Shown one piece after another: positions 28,031-37,414 of a stretch of DNA of 58,839 nucleotides. The notes beneath the pieces are model-generated. The model made no database searches, was not told where the DNA came from, and saw only the letters and a list, made by a program, of their open reading frames with translations. Origin of the DNA: a virus (taxonomy: Duplodnaviria; Caudoviricetes); the IMG/VR virus record IMGVR_UViG_3300016476_000412, positions 1 to 58,839 of that record; one strand, given 5' to 3'. Position 1 is the stretch's first letter; each line of letters begins with the position of its first letter. The position numbers and the translations under genes are program-made.

Positions 28031-30022
28031 TTATTGGACGCGCTCGTAGGTGGTGGTCTCGACGCCAGTGGTTTCGTCGACGACAGTCGTTGGCATATAC
28101 TGCGCCGACAGTGCGCCGTTCTTGAACACCAGCACGATACCGGTGTTGTCGTCCTTCTGGAAGTCGATCTTGTCAGCTTCGCCAAAGCCGAGTTCGCGCT
28201 TCATCGCCATCAAGTCGATCTCAGTCAGCCCTGCCTGCAGTGCTTTCTCTGCGTCAATCGCTGCTTTCTGCTGGTACTCGTAGACGTTGGCCTCGGCCTT
28301 GCCCATCGCCTTTACCCGCTCCTGCGCGGTGAGCGATGCGAGTTCGGCCTGCTGCGCTGCGTAGGCTTGGTCGGTCATCGACAGCGTGTTCTGCGTGATG
28401 ACATCCATCGACAGCCCTTGATCCATCAAGTCGCCGTTGACGTAGACATCGAGACCGCCGTTTGCTGCAGGCTGGAACTCGTACTGCTGTCCCGTGAAGT
28501 CAGACCACACGGCACTCAGACGCTGCGGCGCGTTGAACATCGTGGCTTCGTTCAGTGCCAGACGGGCGACGGCAGCCTCCAACTTGGTGTCGATGCCCAT
28601 GATCTCGGCCTGCGCGGCGCGGGCGTCTTCATACTTCCCGGCAGCGATGAGGGCCTGCGTCCACTGGACCTGCTGGTCGCGCTGCTCCATCAGGCGCGTG
28701 ATGGCGCGGTTGGGCTGACCGGGCTGACCCATGCGCGGCGGTGCCGGGGCGTTCAGGTCCACACCCGTGCGGGCGACGAACTCGTCGACCATAATGTCTT
28801 CCTGCGTCTGGGGCGTGGACCCCAGCTTCGGACCGAACGACAGTTGCTGCGGTTGTGCAGCCTCCGTGGTGCCCAGCGAGAGCGGCAGCTTCGACCCATC
28901 CGGCATGGTGACGGACACCGTGTTGGTCGGCGCGGCGGGAGTCGCCGTCGGAGATGCAGGTGCGGCAGGTGCGGCAGGTGCGGCAGGTGCGGCAGGTGCG
29001 GCAGATGTAGCGGCAACAGGTGCAGCGGGCGCGGCGGGCGCAGTCGCGTAGGGGTCGAAGAAGGGGATGTCGGCCCCGTACTGTCGGCGCACAGCGTTGG
29101 TCAGGACTTCGTCCTGCTGTCCGCGCGACCCGCGCACCAGTTGCTGGTATTCGTACTCGTTGATCCATCCATCGCGGAGCAGCGTTTCGGCTTCCGCCGC
29201 GCCGGGCAAGCTGCCCATGGCGTTGGACCACAACCCCGGCGCGTCCACATAGGACGGGATCGGCCCCGTGGTACTCGGCAGTGCAACACCGACCTGACCG
29301 GCGGCGGGGGAGACAGGCGCAGGCGAGGGCGCAACCCGCGAACTCACGCCATAGGTGGCGAGGTTGTTCAGCCGGACCGGAGCGGTACCGTCAACAGGCT
29401 GCCGGTCGCGCGGTGCTGCGACAGCAGGAGCACCCACACGCGCGGGGGCAACAACGTCAATGGGCTGACGGTCGCGCGGTGCAGTCATAGCGCCGAGGCG
29501 GTCCGCCCCCGTCCCACCCGCAAGCGCAGGCGTCCCGGTACCGCCGGAAACCACGCTGCCAGCCGCTGGGCCGAACCCCAGCTTGGGTGACGGGGCAACC
29601 CGCACGCCAGCCGGGCGCGCAGCGACCGGTGCAGCAGCCGGACCTTGGCGGTCCCGTGCCATAGCGGGAGTGGCAGTAGACGGAGCCGCAGGCACGGACA
29701 ACCCGGGCACGCGCGGGGCGGCAGACGCACCACCAGTGCCGTAGATTTTCATCCACGCATCGTTGAGGGCAGCAGCCTTGGCTTTGGCAGCAGATGCAGC
29801 GGCGGCAGCGGCGGCGCGCTGTTGGGCGGCAATCTTACGATCCTCCTCCTTCCACGCCAGTTCCTGCCGCTGGATCGCCATGTTCTGGGCGTTCACATCC
29901 ATGGCCTGCCGGTTCGCCCGGTTGGTGATCGACGTGTTGACCCCAGCGCCAAACGCCTCGGCCATCTGACCGCCCGGGGCACCGATACCGCCGAGGATGC
30001 GGTTGCCGAATACTTGCGCCAT
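28031..30022 (-). CDS. Internal virion (ejection) protein
   Basis: 663 aa, AGGAG SD, Ala/Pro-rich plus coiled coil, directly upstream of the giant protein. Confidence 0.65.
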   Translation of the reverse strand: MAQVFGNRILGGIGAPGGQMAEAFGAGVNTSITNRANRQAMDVNAQNMAIQRQELAWKEEDRKIAAQQRAAAAAAASAAKAKAAALNDAWMKIYGTGGASAAPRVPGLSVPAAPSTATPAMARDRQGPAAAPVAARPAGVRVAPSPKLGFGPAAGSVVSGGTGTPALAGGTGADRLGAMTAPRDRQPIDVVAPARVGAPAVAAPRDRQPVDGTAPVRLNNLATYGVSSRVAPSPAPVSPAAGQVGVALPSTTGPIPSYVDAPGLWSNAMGSLPGAAEAETLLRDGWINEYEYQQLVRGSRGQQDEVLTNAVRRQYGADIPFFDPYATAPAAPAAPVAATSAAPAAPAAPAAPAAPASPTATPAAPTNTVSVTMPDGSKLPLSLGTTEAAQPQQLSFGPKLGSTPQTQEDIMVDEFVARTGVDLNAPAPPRMGQPGQPNRAITRLMEQRDQQVQWTQALIAAGKYEDARAAQAEIMGIDTKLEAAVARLALNEATMFNAPQRLSAVWSDFTGQQYEFQPAANGGLDVYVNGDLMDQGLSMDVITQNTLSMTDQAYAAQQAELASLTAQERVKAMGKAEANVYEYQQKAAIDAEKALQAGLTEIDLMAMKRELGFGEADKIDFQKDDNTGIVLVFKNGALSAQYMPTTVVDETTGVETTTYERVQ
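28956..29000. repeat. 9-bp minisatellite (GCAGGTGCG) x5 encoding (APA)n
   Basis: Perfect tandem copies read directly. Confidence 0.9.
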
Positions 30023-30034
30023 GGATGTCTCCTA

Positions 30035-30964
30035 TCAGACGAGGTTGCCGTACATTTGACCGGCTGCGCCCGCCAAGTCACGACCGAAGTCGCTGCGCCG
30101 CTTGTACAGGTCTTCGTATACCGTCTTGTTCAGTTCCGACGCAGTGGTCGGTACATTGGTCGGCAGCATCTGCAGACCCGCCGCCGTGGTCTGGGCGGCG
30201 CGGACGTTCTCGCCGGTCACAGCAGCAGTCCCGATCCGCGAACCTTCAATGGCGGCGCGACGACGGTTGGCGTCCTGCAGTCCAGCACGTTCGGACACAC
30301 CCGCCACACGATCAGCCTCGCGCAGACCGCGCTGCACGCCCAGTTGGGCCGTGGCATAGGCTTGCTCGGGGTTGGCCTGTCCCTGCTGCAGCACCGACCG
30401 AGCAGCGTCCAGACGCTGGTTGAAGACACCACGCTCGGTGGCGGCGGTCTCAGCGTTGGCGATGAGGTTCTGCTTCTCCACTTCGGTCAGGTCTTGCGGA
30501 GCGCGACCGTAGAGCGCGAACGCCAAGGGGGCCAGCTGACCCAGCGTGACACCGGTACCGAGCAGACCGCCGCCAGCAGTGGCGAGACCAGCCGCTGCCG
30601 GAGCAGCAGCCGCAGCGGCTTTGCCCGTGGTGCCAAGGATCGACGCGGTGGACCCGGGCGCGGCCCCAGAGAACAGACTGCCAAGACTGCCGCTTGCCGC
30701 GGTGCCCCCCGCACCGGCTGCCGCTGGTGCCCCCATCCCGACAGCAAGACTGCCAAGCCCGCCGACGGCCATCCCGATGCGCGGGTCGACCCCCGCTGCT
30801 GATGCACCCAGTCCGCCGATGGCTGCGCCGGTCAGCGCCGTCCCGATGGTCCCAGAGACGCCGATGGCACCGGCAATCGGCGCAGCGACGAAGGGGGCCG
30901 CGATCATCGCGGCAATCCCGGCGACCTTCTTGATACCCTTCCAGATATTGGATGCCCAACCCAT
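30035..30964 (-). CDS. DNA transfer/pilot-like internal virion protein
   Basis: Amphipathic N-terminus then Gly/Ala hydrophobic segments, helical C-terminus. Confidence 0.6.
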   Translation of the reverse strand: MGWASNIWKGIKKVAGIAAMIAAPFVAAPIAGAIGVSGTIGTALTGAAIGGLGASAAGVDPRIGMAVGGLGSLAVGMGAPAAAGAGGTAASGSLGSLFSGAAPGSTASILGTTGKAAAAAAPAAAGLATAGGGLLGTGVTLGQLAPLAFALYGRAPQDLTEVEKQNLIANAETAATERGVFNQRLDAARSVLQQGQANPEQAYATAQLGVQRGLREADRVAGVSERAGLQDANRRRAAIEGSRIGTAAVTGENVRAAQTTAAGLQMLPTNVPTTASELNKTVYEDLYKRRSDFGRDLAGAAGQMYGNLV

Positions 30965-32673
30965 CACTGCTCTCCTTTTCCGTCCATGCCACGCGCCTTG
31001 GCGATCATCTTATCGAAGTGATCCGTGCCGAGTTTGCGCGTGACATCGGCCGGGATGACGTACTCGCCCTCATGGGCGTTGATCGGGATCGACCCGTCGG
31101 GGTTCTCGCTCTTGGCGGGCAGCGGCCCACCCTTGGACATCGACATCTCGGGAGCCTGCCCCGCCGACATCGGCGCAGCTTCACCCTCCATGGTGGGCAT
31201 ACCACCCGCCGGGCCGGGCGTCGTCATCTGACCGGTGCCCATGGTCTTGCCGATGATGTAGAGGATGATGAGGAAGCCCTGATCGTACTCCTCGCCGATG
31301 TCCTCGGCGTCCAGCATCCCCTGCCGGATCAAAACCTGCCGCAGCTGCGGCCACATCTCCGGGTTCTGCAGCGCCGTGGTGGCGACCTGCACGAACATAT
31401 TCAGCCCCTGCGCGTCGATCTCGCCCTCAGCCATGGACTTCTCGACCTCGGCCTTGATCTGCGCGACCTGCTGCGGGTTCTTCTGCATGAACTGCTGCGC
31501 CTGCTGGTCAATGGCTGCGAAGTTCAGCGGACGGCCCTGACCGCCGGGCGGGGCCATACCAACCACGGGGGCACCGCCTTGCTGACCAACACCCATCGCC
31601 ATCGGCGACGTCATCGGGCGCTGCGGGATACCGCCGGGGCCGACCATGCCGCCCTCGGCATAGGACTGCATCGGCATATTCAGCAGTCGCGCCAGCGACG
31701 GCGGGAGGTCCAGCGTTGCGGTCGACGGGCGCTGCGGCACACCGTTCGGACCAACCATACCACCCTGCTCATACTGCGGCACCTGCGACCGCTTTGCGTT
31801 CATCGCGCTCACGGCAGCACCATCCTCTCCCTGCGAATTTCCGTTTCCACCGGCAGTGGTGGAGTCGATCTGGTTGGTCGGCGCAGCGGCCTCGGGCGCA
31901 GGACCGGACAGCGCGCCCATCAGTCCGGCTTCTGCGAACCCACCAGTGTCACTCTCGCGCGGCTTGCCCGGCGCACCGAGACCCGGAAACTCATTCGGAC
32001 CGGGCGACGGCGACTGGCGGATAGCCGACACGCTGGCATCAGCGGCTTGGATGCGGCGGGTGTAATCGTTCCATGCGGCATCACCACCAAGGAACAACTG
32101 ACCGTCGGCCAACCGGGTACCCGTCCCGGCGGGGGCCATGGGTTTCAGCCCGACGGCATTGGCGACACCAGACAGCGGCCCACCCTCAAAGGTCGCGCCG
32201 GACCGACCAGCGCCGCCACCGTCGAACATATCCCGCAGACCGGTGTAGCCACCGATGGTCTGGGCAGGTTGCGGTCCCGACTTGGGTACGCCGGGCATCG
32301 TGCCACTGGCGATGATCTGGTTGACCTCGTCGCGCAGGTTCGACGGGATGGGCGTGCCTTGGCTCTGATAGTCCTGAATGGCGTACCGGGCGGCAGCCTG
32401 CTGATTGCGCGCGACGTTGGCCGGGTCAGTCGAGGTCAGACCGCGCAGTGAGAACGCCGAGTAGTCCGGTGCGGGTGGCGCAGCATTGCTACCCGTGGTG
32501 CCGGTGTTCGACCCACCGCCCGTCCCCGTGTTGATCTTGGTGCCCGCGCCGCCACCCGTGACCTTGTCGTTGTAGGTCTTGTAACCCCTGCTGGCCATGT
32601 CGGCCTTCGCCGCCTCGGGGCTGGCGTAGGACTTCTTCTCACCACCGGAGTAGGTTACGGTAACTCTTGCCAT
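30964..32673 (-). CDS. Low-complexity virion-associated protein
   Basis: 569 aa; Y(E/A)xGGMVGP repeats; C-terminal HEGEYVIPADV..LG motif. Confidence 0.6.
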   Translation of the reverse strand: MARVTVTYSGGEKKSYASPEAAKADMASRGYKTYNDKVTGGGAGTKINTGTGGGSNTGTTGSNAAPPAPDYSAFSLRGLTSTDPANVARNQQAAARYAIQDYQSQGTPIPSNLRDEVNQIIASGTMPGVPKSGPQPAQTIGGYTGLRDMFDGGGAGRSGATFEGGPLSGVANAVGLKPMAPAGTGTRLADGQLFLGGDAAWNDYTRRIQAADASVSAIRQSPSPGPNEFPGLGAPGKPRESDTGGFAEAGLMGALSGPAPEAAAPTNQIDSTTAGGNGNSQGEDGAAVSAMNAKRSQVPQYEQGGMVGPNGVPQRPSTATLDLPPSLARLLNMPMQSYAEGGMVGPGGIPQRPMTSPMAMGVGQQGGAPVVGMAPPGGQGRPLNFAAIDQQAQQFMQKNPQQVAQIKAEVEKSMAEGEIDAQGLNMFVQVATTALQNPEMWPQLRQVLIRQGMLDAEDIGEEYDQGFLIILYIIGKTMGTGQMTTPGPAGGMPTMEGEAAPMSAGQAPEMSMSKGGPLPAKSENPDGSIPINAHEGEYVIPADVTRKLGTDHFDKMIAKARGMDGKGEQ

Positions 32674-32675
32674 AC

Positions 32676-33023
32676 TTAGCTCCTCAGCTGCGCGATCAGC
32701 GTGTTCACTGCTTGCCGCAGCGCGGCGACGTCATTGGTGAGAAGCTGCACGTCGCGGACAAGGGTCTGGTAGTCCGACAGCGAAGCAACCTGTGCACCTG
32801 AAATTGATACCCCAGAACCTACCGCGGAAACCGCGCGAAGTGAAGGCTCTGGTGCGGATGCGATGCGCACCGTTGAACGCAGTATAGCACGACTCGACAA
32901 GTCCTGCTCGCCCCGCGTACCGATCAGCAGTTCGACGTTCTGCTTCATCGCAGTCAGGAAGCGGTACTGCCACTCGTCGACGCCGACCTGTGGCAGGCTG
33001 GGTATACCCGTGAAGCGCGCCAT
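32676..33023 (-). CDS. Small structural protein
   Basis: 115 aa, TAATG coupling, C-terminal coiled coil. Confidence 0.65.
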   Translation of the reverse strand: MARFTGIPSLPQVGVDEWQYRFLTAMKQNVELLIGTRGEQDLSSRAILRSTVRIASAPEPSLRAVSAVGSGVSISGAQVASLSDYQTLVRDVQLLTNDVAALRQAVNTLIAQLRS

Positions 33024-35461
33024 TACGACCTCGCCAGCGATGCGGGCGTCTCGCCCAGATGGATTGCCCTGATGCGCGCAGTGCCAGTGATACCGACCTC
33101 ATAGGTGTCGGTCTTATAGCCAGACGGCAGACGGAACACGTCCTTGTTCGTGCGCGTCGTAGTGAACACCAGCTGCTTGTCTGCGTATAGACTGAACGTG
33201 ATCGGCTCCTTGACCGACCAAGCGAACTCGGCGTTCTCCCATGCGACGTTGTATGTCCCCCAGATCGGCGCGACCGCGGTATCGTCGTAGTCGGCCACGA
33301 CACGGGCAGCCCCCATATTGAACGGGGTCTGCGACACGAAGACCTTGGAGCGCCACTCGTAGTCCGCGTTGGGCTGCGACGGGTCGTCCCAACGGACGAT
33401 GTCCCCGTTGGTGCCGGTGACGTAGTAGAGGTAGCCATCCACGGTGTCGAACCACGTCGCGGTGAAGGTCACGTCATGGTCGATGAAGTCGCCGACGGCA
33501 GCCGGGTCCTGCCCGCGCCGGAAGAAGAACGACCCCGCGGTGTAGGACCCGAAGTACATGCTGTCGTAGAAAGCCGCGACGATTGTGGCCGGATCGAGTT
33601 TGAGCTTCCATGTGTCGGGGCTGTGGGCACCGGCCGACGCGATCTGCACGCCACCAGTGAACGAGGCAACCGCCAGCCCTTCATGGGTGGCGTACATCAC
33701 GCCGACGTCTGTCTGGGCGATGCTGCGCTTGCTGAGGCATGGATAGTTGGTCGAGTACCGACTGATCGACAGAACCGCCGGGTCGGAACCAGAGATCGCG
33801 TAGGGGTAGCCAGTGGTGAGGACCAACAAGTCGCTGCCAAGGGCGACCATTCCGACGACGTCGTATTCGAGCGAGATTTTGTACTTCTCCGGCCAAGCAT
33901 GGAACGTGCCCGGCTCGGTGAAGTAGACGTCGTTGCCGACGAAGCCGACCATGATGTTGTTCTGCAGCACGGTCAGTCCCTGCAGGTCGTCCGGCGGCGG
34001 GTCATAGTCGCTCGACGGCAGCACCTCGGTCAGGCTGCGATAGCTGAAATTGTCCACGAAGGCGAACGTGACCCAGCCCCAATAGTTCGCAGCATCGGTG
34101 GCCGGGTTCTCGGCGATGTCGTAGTAGACGATGCCATAGGCAGTGGTCTCGGCGACATCCGCACCCGCGTGCGCATAGGTCAGCGTGAAGCGGTCCGGCA
34201 CGGATGCGACCTTGACGTCAGCGACGTCGAAGCCTGCAACCGTGGTGCCCGCCAGTCGCAGCCGGTCGTCAACGATGTACTTGTGCGCCTCAGCGAACTT
34301 CAAGGTGACGACGCCGGACTCGCGCTTCACTGACTTGATCGCCTGCGGGAACCACAGGGTCGCCAACCGGAAGTAATCCGCCTCACCGGTATCCGCCGTG
34401 GTCGAGAGCGTGCGGTACAACCGGATGCCCCGGATGTAGTTCACCCCTGCGGGCGGCGCGGACGGCAGATCAGAGACCGTGACGACCTGACCCTCCTTGA
34501 TGAACAACGTCGACGATGGCTCCGAGCCAATCGACTCCTCATCCCACGGGGTGTACCAAGTGTAGAGGTAGTTCCGCGACTGGACGAGACCGCCGAGGTC
34601 CAGCTTGCCATCCGTGTTCGCCGTGGTGCCTACCTGCGCACCGGGCGAATAGTAGGACAGCGTCGTGCTGTTGATGACCGTCACCTCGGTCGTGGTGTTC
34701 AGATCGCGGATGTCCCACCGGCAGTCACCGGAGGTTGCGCCAGACACGGTGTCCGTCAGCGTGATGGTGTTGGTGCCGGTGACAGTGACGGTATAGGCCC
34801 CGGTCGTCGCGGTGCCCGAGGTGAACTCGATATAGATGCGCGTGCCGGTCACGAGGCCGTGGTTGGCGATGGTGACGGTGATCGCGTTCCCTGTACGGGA
34901 ATAGGTGCCCGTCCGATAGGAGAAGCCCGAGATCGTCGCCAGCGCGCCGTCTTTGAGGTTGTGCGGGGCACCGGTCACGAGCGTGACGTTACCACCGCCG
35001 TCGCGGGCGAAGCTGGCAGAGGTCACGGTGGAGAAACTAGTCGCCGCCACGGTCGGCTTGACCGTGGGTAGCGGCAGCCCGAGTTCGTAATACCCGCCTG
35101 CGGTAGGATACGGCGAGGCACCGGCAGTCGCCAGTGCGTAGGTGCTGACCTTGGGCACGCCGTCGCCCGTGTAATAGAAGCGCTGCTCGTCGAGCGCGTC
35201 GGCAGCAGGGGTGGCGATGTCCACCTCCTGCGCCCACGTCAGCCACTTCTTCTCCCCCGTGTCGGGGTCACGCAGCGCGTACAGCGTGCGGATCGTGCCG
35301 GTGCGACCGGCGGCAGCGGCGACCACCGGAGTCGGGATCGGGATCAGGTCCCCGGAGTACAACTTCACGTCGCTCGCAACTTGAGCAGCGGTCCCCGGGA
35401 GCAACTCCGGGGACACGCGCGGAAGCGTCCCTTTGAACTCAGCGAGCTTGGTGGTCGTCAC
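33023..35461 (-). CDS. Tail hub / packaged-DNA stabilization protein (P22 gp10-like)
   Basis: 812 aa beta-rich; F.G..PR..P.LLP..AQ.A N-terminus, YFTEP..HAWP, WRSK.F; typical position. Confidence 0.7.
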   Translation of the reverse strand: MTTTKLAEFKGTLPRVSPELLPGTAAQVASDVKLYSGDLIPIPTPVVAAAAGRTGTIRTLYALRDPDTGEKKWLTWAQEVDIATPAADALDEQRFYYTGDGVPKVSTYALATAGASPYPTAGGYYELGLPLPTVKPTVAATSFSTVTSASFARDGGGNVTLVTGAPHNLKDGALATISGFSYRTGTYSRTGNAITVTIANHGLVTGTRIYIEFTSGTATTGAYTVTVTGTNTITLTDTVSGATSGDCRWDIRDLNTTTEVTVINSTTLSYYSPGAQVGTTANTDGKLDLGGLVQSRNYLYTWYTPWDEESIGSEPSSTLFIKEGQVVTVSDLPSAPPAGVNYIRGIRLYRTLSTTADTGEADYFRLATLWFPQAIKSVKRESGVVTLKFAEAHKYIVDDRLRLAGTTVAGFDVADVKVASVPDRFTLTYAHAGADVAETTAYGIVYYDIAENPATDAANYWGWVTFAFVDNFSYRSLTEVLPSSDYDPPPDDLQGLTVLQNNIMVGFVGNDVYFTEPGTFHAWPEKYKISLEYDVVGMVALGSDLLVLTTGYPYAISGSDPAVLSISRYSTNYPCLSKRSIAQTDVGVMYATHEGLAVASFTGGVQIASAGAHSPDTWKLKLDPATIVAAFYDSMYFGSYTAGSFFFRRGQDPAAVGDFIDHDVTFTATWFDTVDGYLYYVTGTNGDIVRWDDPSQPNADYEWRSKVFVSQTPFNMGAARVVADYDDTAVAPIWGTYNVAWENAEFAWSVKEPITFSLYADKQLVFTTTRTNKDVFRLPSGYKTDTYEVGITGTARIRAIHLGETPASLARS

Positions 35462-35471
35462 GCCTGTGCCC

Positions 35472-35654
35472 TCAGTACTTCTTGCCGATGGGCGACGTGG
35501 TGATGGCCCGCAGCCCGATGTTGATCGCAGCCACGATACCCATGGCCCACGTCGGCCCGACGGTCTCGATCCAGTTGATGTTGGCTGCAGCCTGCAGCCC
35601 GCCGGTCACAGCGGCGAGGCCGACGTTCACTGCGATGGTTCTCCAACCCTTCAT
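35472..35654 (-). CDS. Putative holin
   Basis: 60 aa, GGAGG SD, two hydrophobic helices, LRAITTSPIG plus basic C-terminus, directly after the endolysin. Confidence 0.65.
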   Translation of the reverse strand: MKGWRTIAVNVGLAAVTGGLQAAANINWIETVGPTWAMGIVAAINIGLRAITTSPIGKKY

Positions 35655-35662
35655 GCTTCCTC

Positions 35663-36070
35663 CTATGCCGGGTAGACCCGGCGGTCCAACTCGAAGTGGG
35701 GCATGTCCTTGAAGGTCTTCCAGTCGCCGCCCCACACGATGGCAACCATCTCCCGTCCCGCCGCGACCTTGATGGCGTCGGCGATCTGTTTCAGTAGGCG
35801 CGGGTTCGACATCTCGACGAACTCGACCTTACCATCGACATCGAGGTCGACCCATGCGTAAAGGTCCACGGCGTGCCCAGTGATGTGCCGCGAGTTCATC
35901 GTGGTCGACGCGCCCTTGGCAAGCAGTTGCCGCTGGCGCTCCACGGTGCGCAGCCCCTCAGTGACGACGAAGTCGTGCGGGCTTTCCTGCAGCGCACGAT
36001 CCAAGACCCGGCGTAGGGCCGGGTTAATACCCTGCAGGTTCTTGAGGCTCCGCTCAGACCACGTTCTCAT
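35663..36070 (-). CDS. Endolysin, peptidase M15 (L-Ala-D-Glu peptidase-like)
   Basis: EGLRT.ERQ, SRHITGHAVD, WGGDW..D.PHFEL. Confidence 0.9.
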   Translation of the reverse strand: MRTWSERSLKNLQGINPALRRVLDRALQESPHDFVVTEGLRTVERQRQLLAKGASTTMNSRHITGHAVDLYAWVDLDVDGKVEFVEMSNPRLLKQIADAIKVAAGREMVAIVWGGDWKTFKDMPHFELDRRVYPA

Positions 36071-36077
36071 GTCGCCC

Positions 36078-36398
36078 TCACGCGATGTCGTCGATGACTT
36101 TGACCTTGAGGTAGGTGGCGTTCGGGAACGTCTCGACCGTGTCGTCGACATACGTCACCTCGAACTCCGCCTGATAGGTTCCGACAGTGTCAGTATTCGC
36201 GGAGGTCCAGTTATACCGGACGATACCGCCGACATCATCCACGATGGTCGCGGCGGCGTCTACCTTCGCTGTGGTCGAACCCTGCTTGCGCATATGAAAC
36301 CGCACAGTTGCGCCGGACAGATCGACGACATTGCCGTCGACATCCTTGAGCGTGGCTTGGATCGCCGGGCTGGTGTCATTCTGCTTGATATAGAACAT
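36078..36398 (-). CDS. BppU-like Ig-fold tail-associated protein
   Basis: IKQNDT.P....L.D..G..VDL.GATV.F; G.Y.AEFEVTY..ETFP. Confidence 0.65.
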   Translation of the reverse strand: MFYIKQNDTSPAIQATLKDVDGNVVDLSGATVRFHMRKQGSTTAKVDAAATIVDDVGGIVRYNWTSANTDTVGTYQAEFEVTYVDDTVETFPNATYLKVKVIDDIA

Positions 36399-36401
36399 CT
36401 C

Positions 36402-37235
36402 TCATCCCGCCTTCGTCTGTCCCACATAGGCACCCGTCGCCGAGTTGGCATTATCCGCCGCGACGATGTTGGCACCATCATACACTTCGAGGGTCGTGCC
36501 GTCGACCTCTATCACCACGGTGTTGGCGCTGGCCACGACGTCTACCTCGGTCAGCAGATCGCGCACCGGCTGGATGTCATCCGACAGGTTGACCGAAACG
36601 TGTCGCCGCCGGGCTGCATAGAACTCCACGAGGCCCACAGGCTGGAGCACCGGCTGCCCGGCGACAAGGGTCGCCGCCGTCAGCGCCCAGCGGTTCCGCA
36701 GGCGCGGTCCCGGGGGCAAGAAGGCGACGGCTGCGCCGGTTAGCGTGGTCGACAGCAGCGCATGGCGCTGGCCGATCTGTGCGGCGGCCACGACCGCTGC
36801 CCCAGCAGTCACACCCATGGGGGCGAGCACATGGGTCTGGGCGATCTGCGAGTCCCCGACCGTTACGGTGGCGCTGACATCCACCGTGCTGAGCACATGC
36901 CCCTGCCGAAGCTGCGGCGTGCTGATGGTGATCGTAGCTTCCACAGCGGTGGAGGACAGCGCGTGGGTCTGGGCGATAGCCGGACTTCCAACAGCTGGTG
37001 CTGCGCCGGTCAGTCCCGATGCTGCGAGGTTGACGATGCGGACGAGTACAGGCGTGCCGAGGGTTACAATCGACGTAACCGACGCTGCACCCAGCGCGTG
37101 GACCTGCGCAACCGTAGCTGCTCCGACGGCAGTCGCGCTAGAAATGATGCTAGCGGCGTAAAGGACGTCGCCACTACCAGCCGCTCCTCCATCATCGCCG
37201 AGCGGTGCAGCGGCGAGGGGGGAGAAGCCGAGCAT
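36402..37235 (-). CDS. Repetitive tail/structural protein
   Basis: MLGFSPLAAAPLG N-terminus; repeated Q-x-H-x-L units. Confidence 0.6.
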   Translation of the reverse strand: MLGFSPLAAAPLGDDGGAAGSGDVLYAASIISSATAVGAATVAQVHALGAASVTSIVTLGTPVLVRIVNLAASGLTGAAPAVGSPAIAQTHALSSTAVEATITISTPQLRQGHVLSTVDVSATVTVGDSQIAQTHVLAPMGVTAGAAVVAAAQIGQRHALLSTTLTGAAVAFLPPGPRLRNRWALTAATLVAGQPVLQPVGLVEFYAARRRHVSVNLSDDIQPVRDLLTEVDVVASANTVVIEVDGTTLEVYDGANIVAADNANSATGAYVGQTKAG

Positions 37236-37240
37236 CTATG

Positions 37241-37414
37241 TTACTCCTGCGCAGGCGGCGGGGTAAAGACTGCACCGTCGTAGCGCCAGCCGGGGCCAAC
37301 CTCGACCGGAGCCGTTACCCACGACGCAAGGTGGTCAGGGATGTCCCAGACGAGGTATGCCTCTACGACAACGCCGCCCTCGATACGGACTTTCACTACG
37401 GGGGAATTTGTCAT
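37241..37414 (-). CDS. Small tail-fibre assembly-like protein not in the ORF track (57 aa)
   Basis: ATGA coupling; [17 protein letters not shown]...[19 protein letters not shown]. Confidence 0.75.
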   Translation of the reverse strand: MTNSPVVKVRIEGGVVVEAYLVWDIPDHLASWVTAPVEVGPGWRYDGAVFTPPPAQE

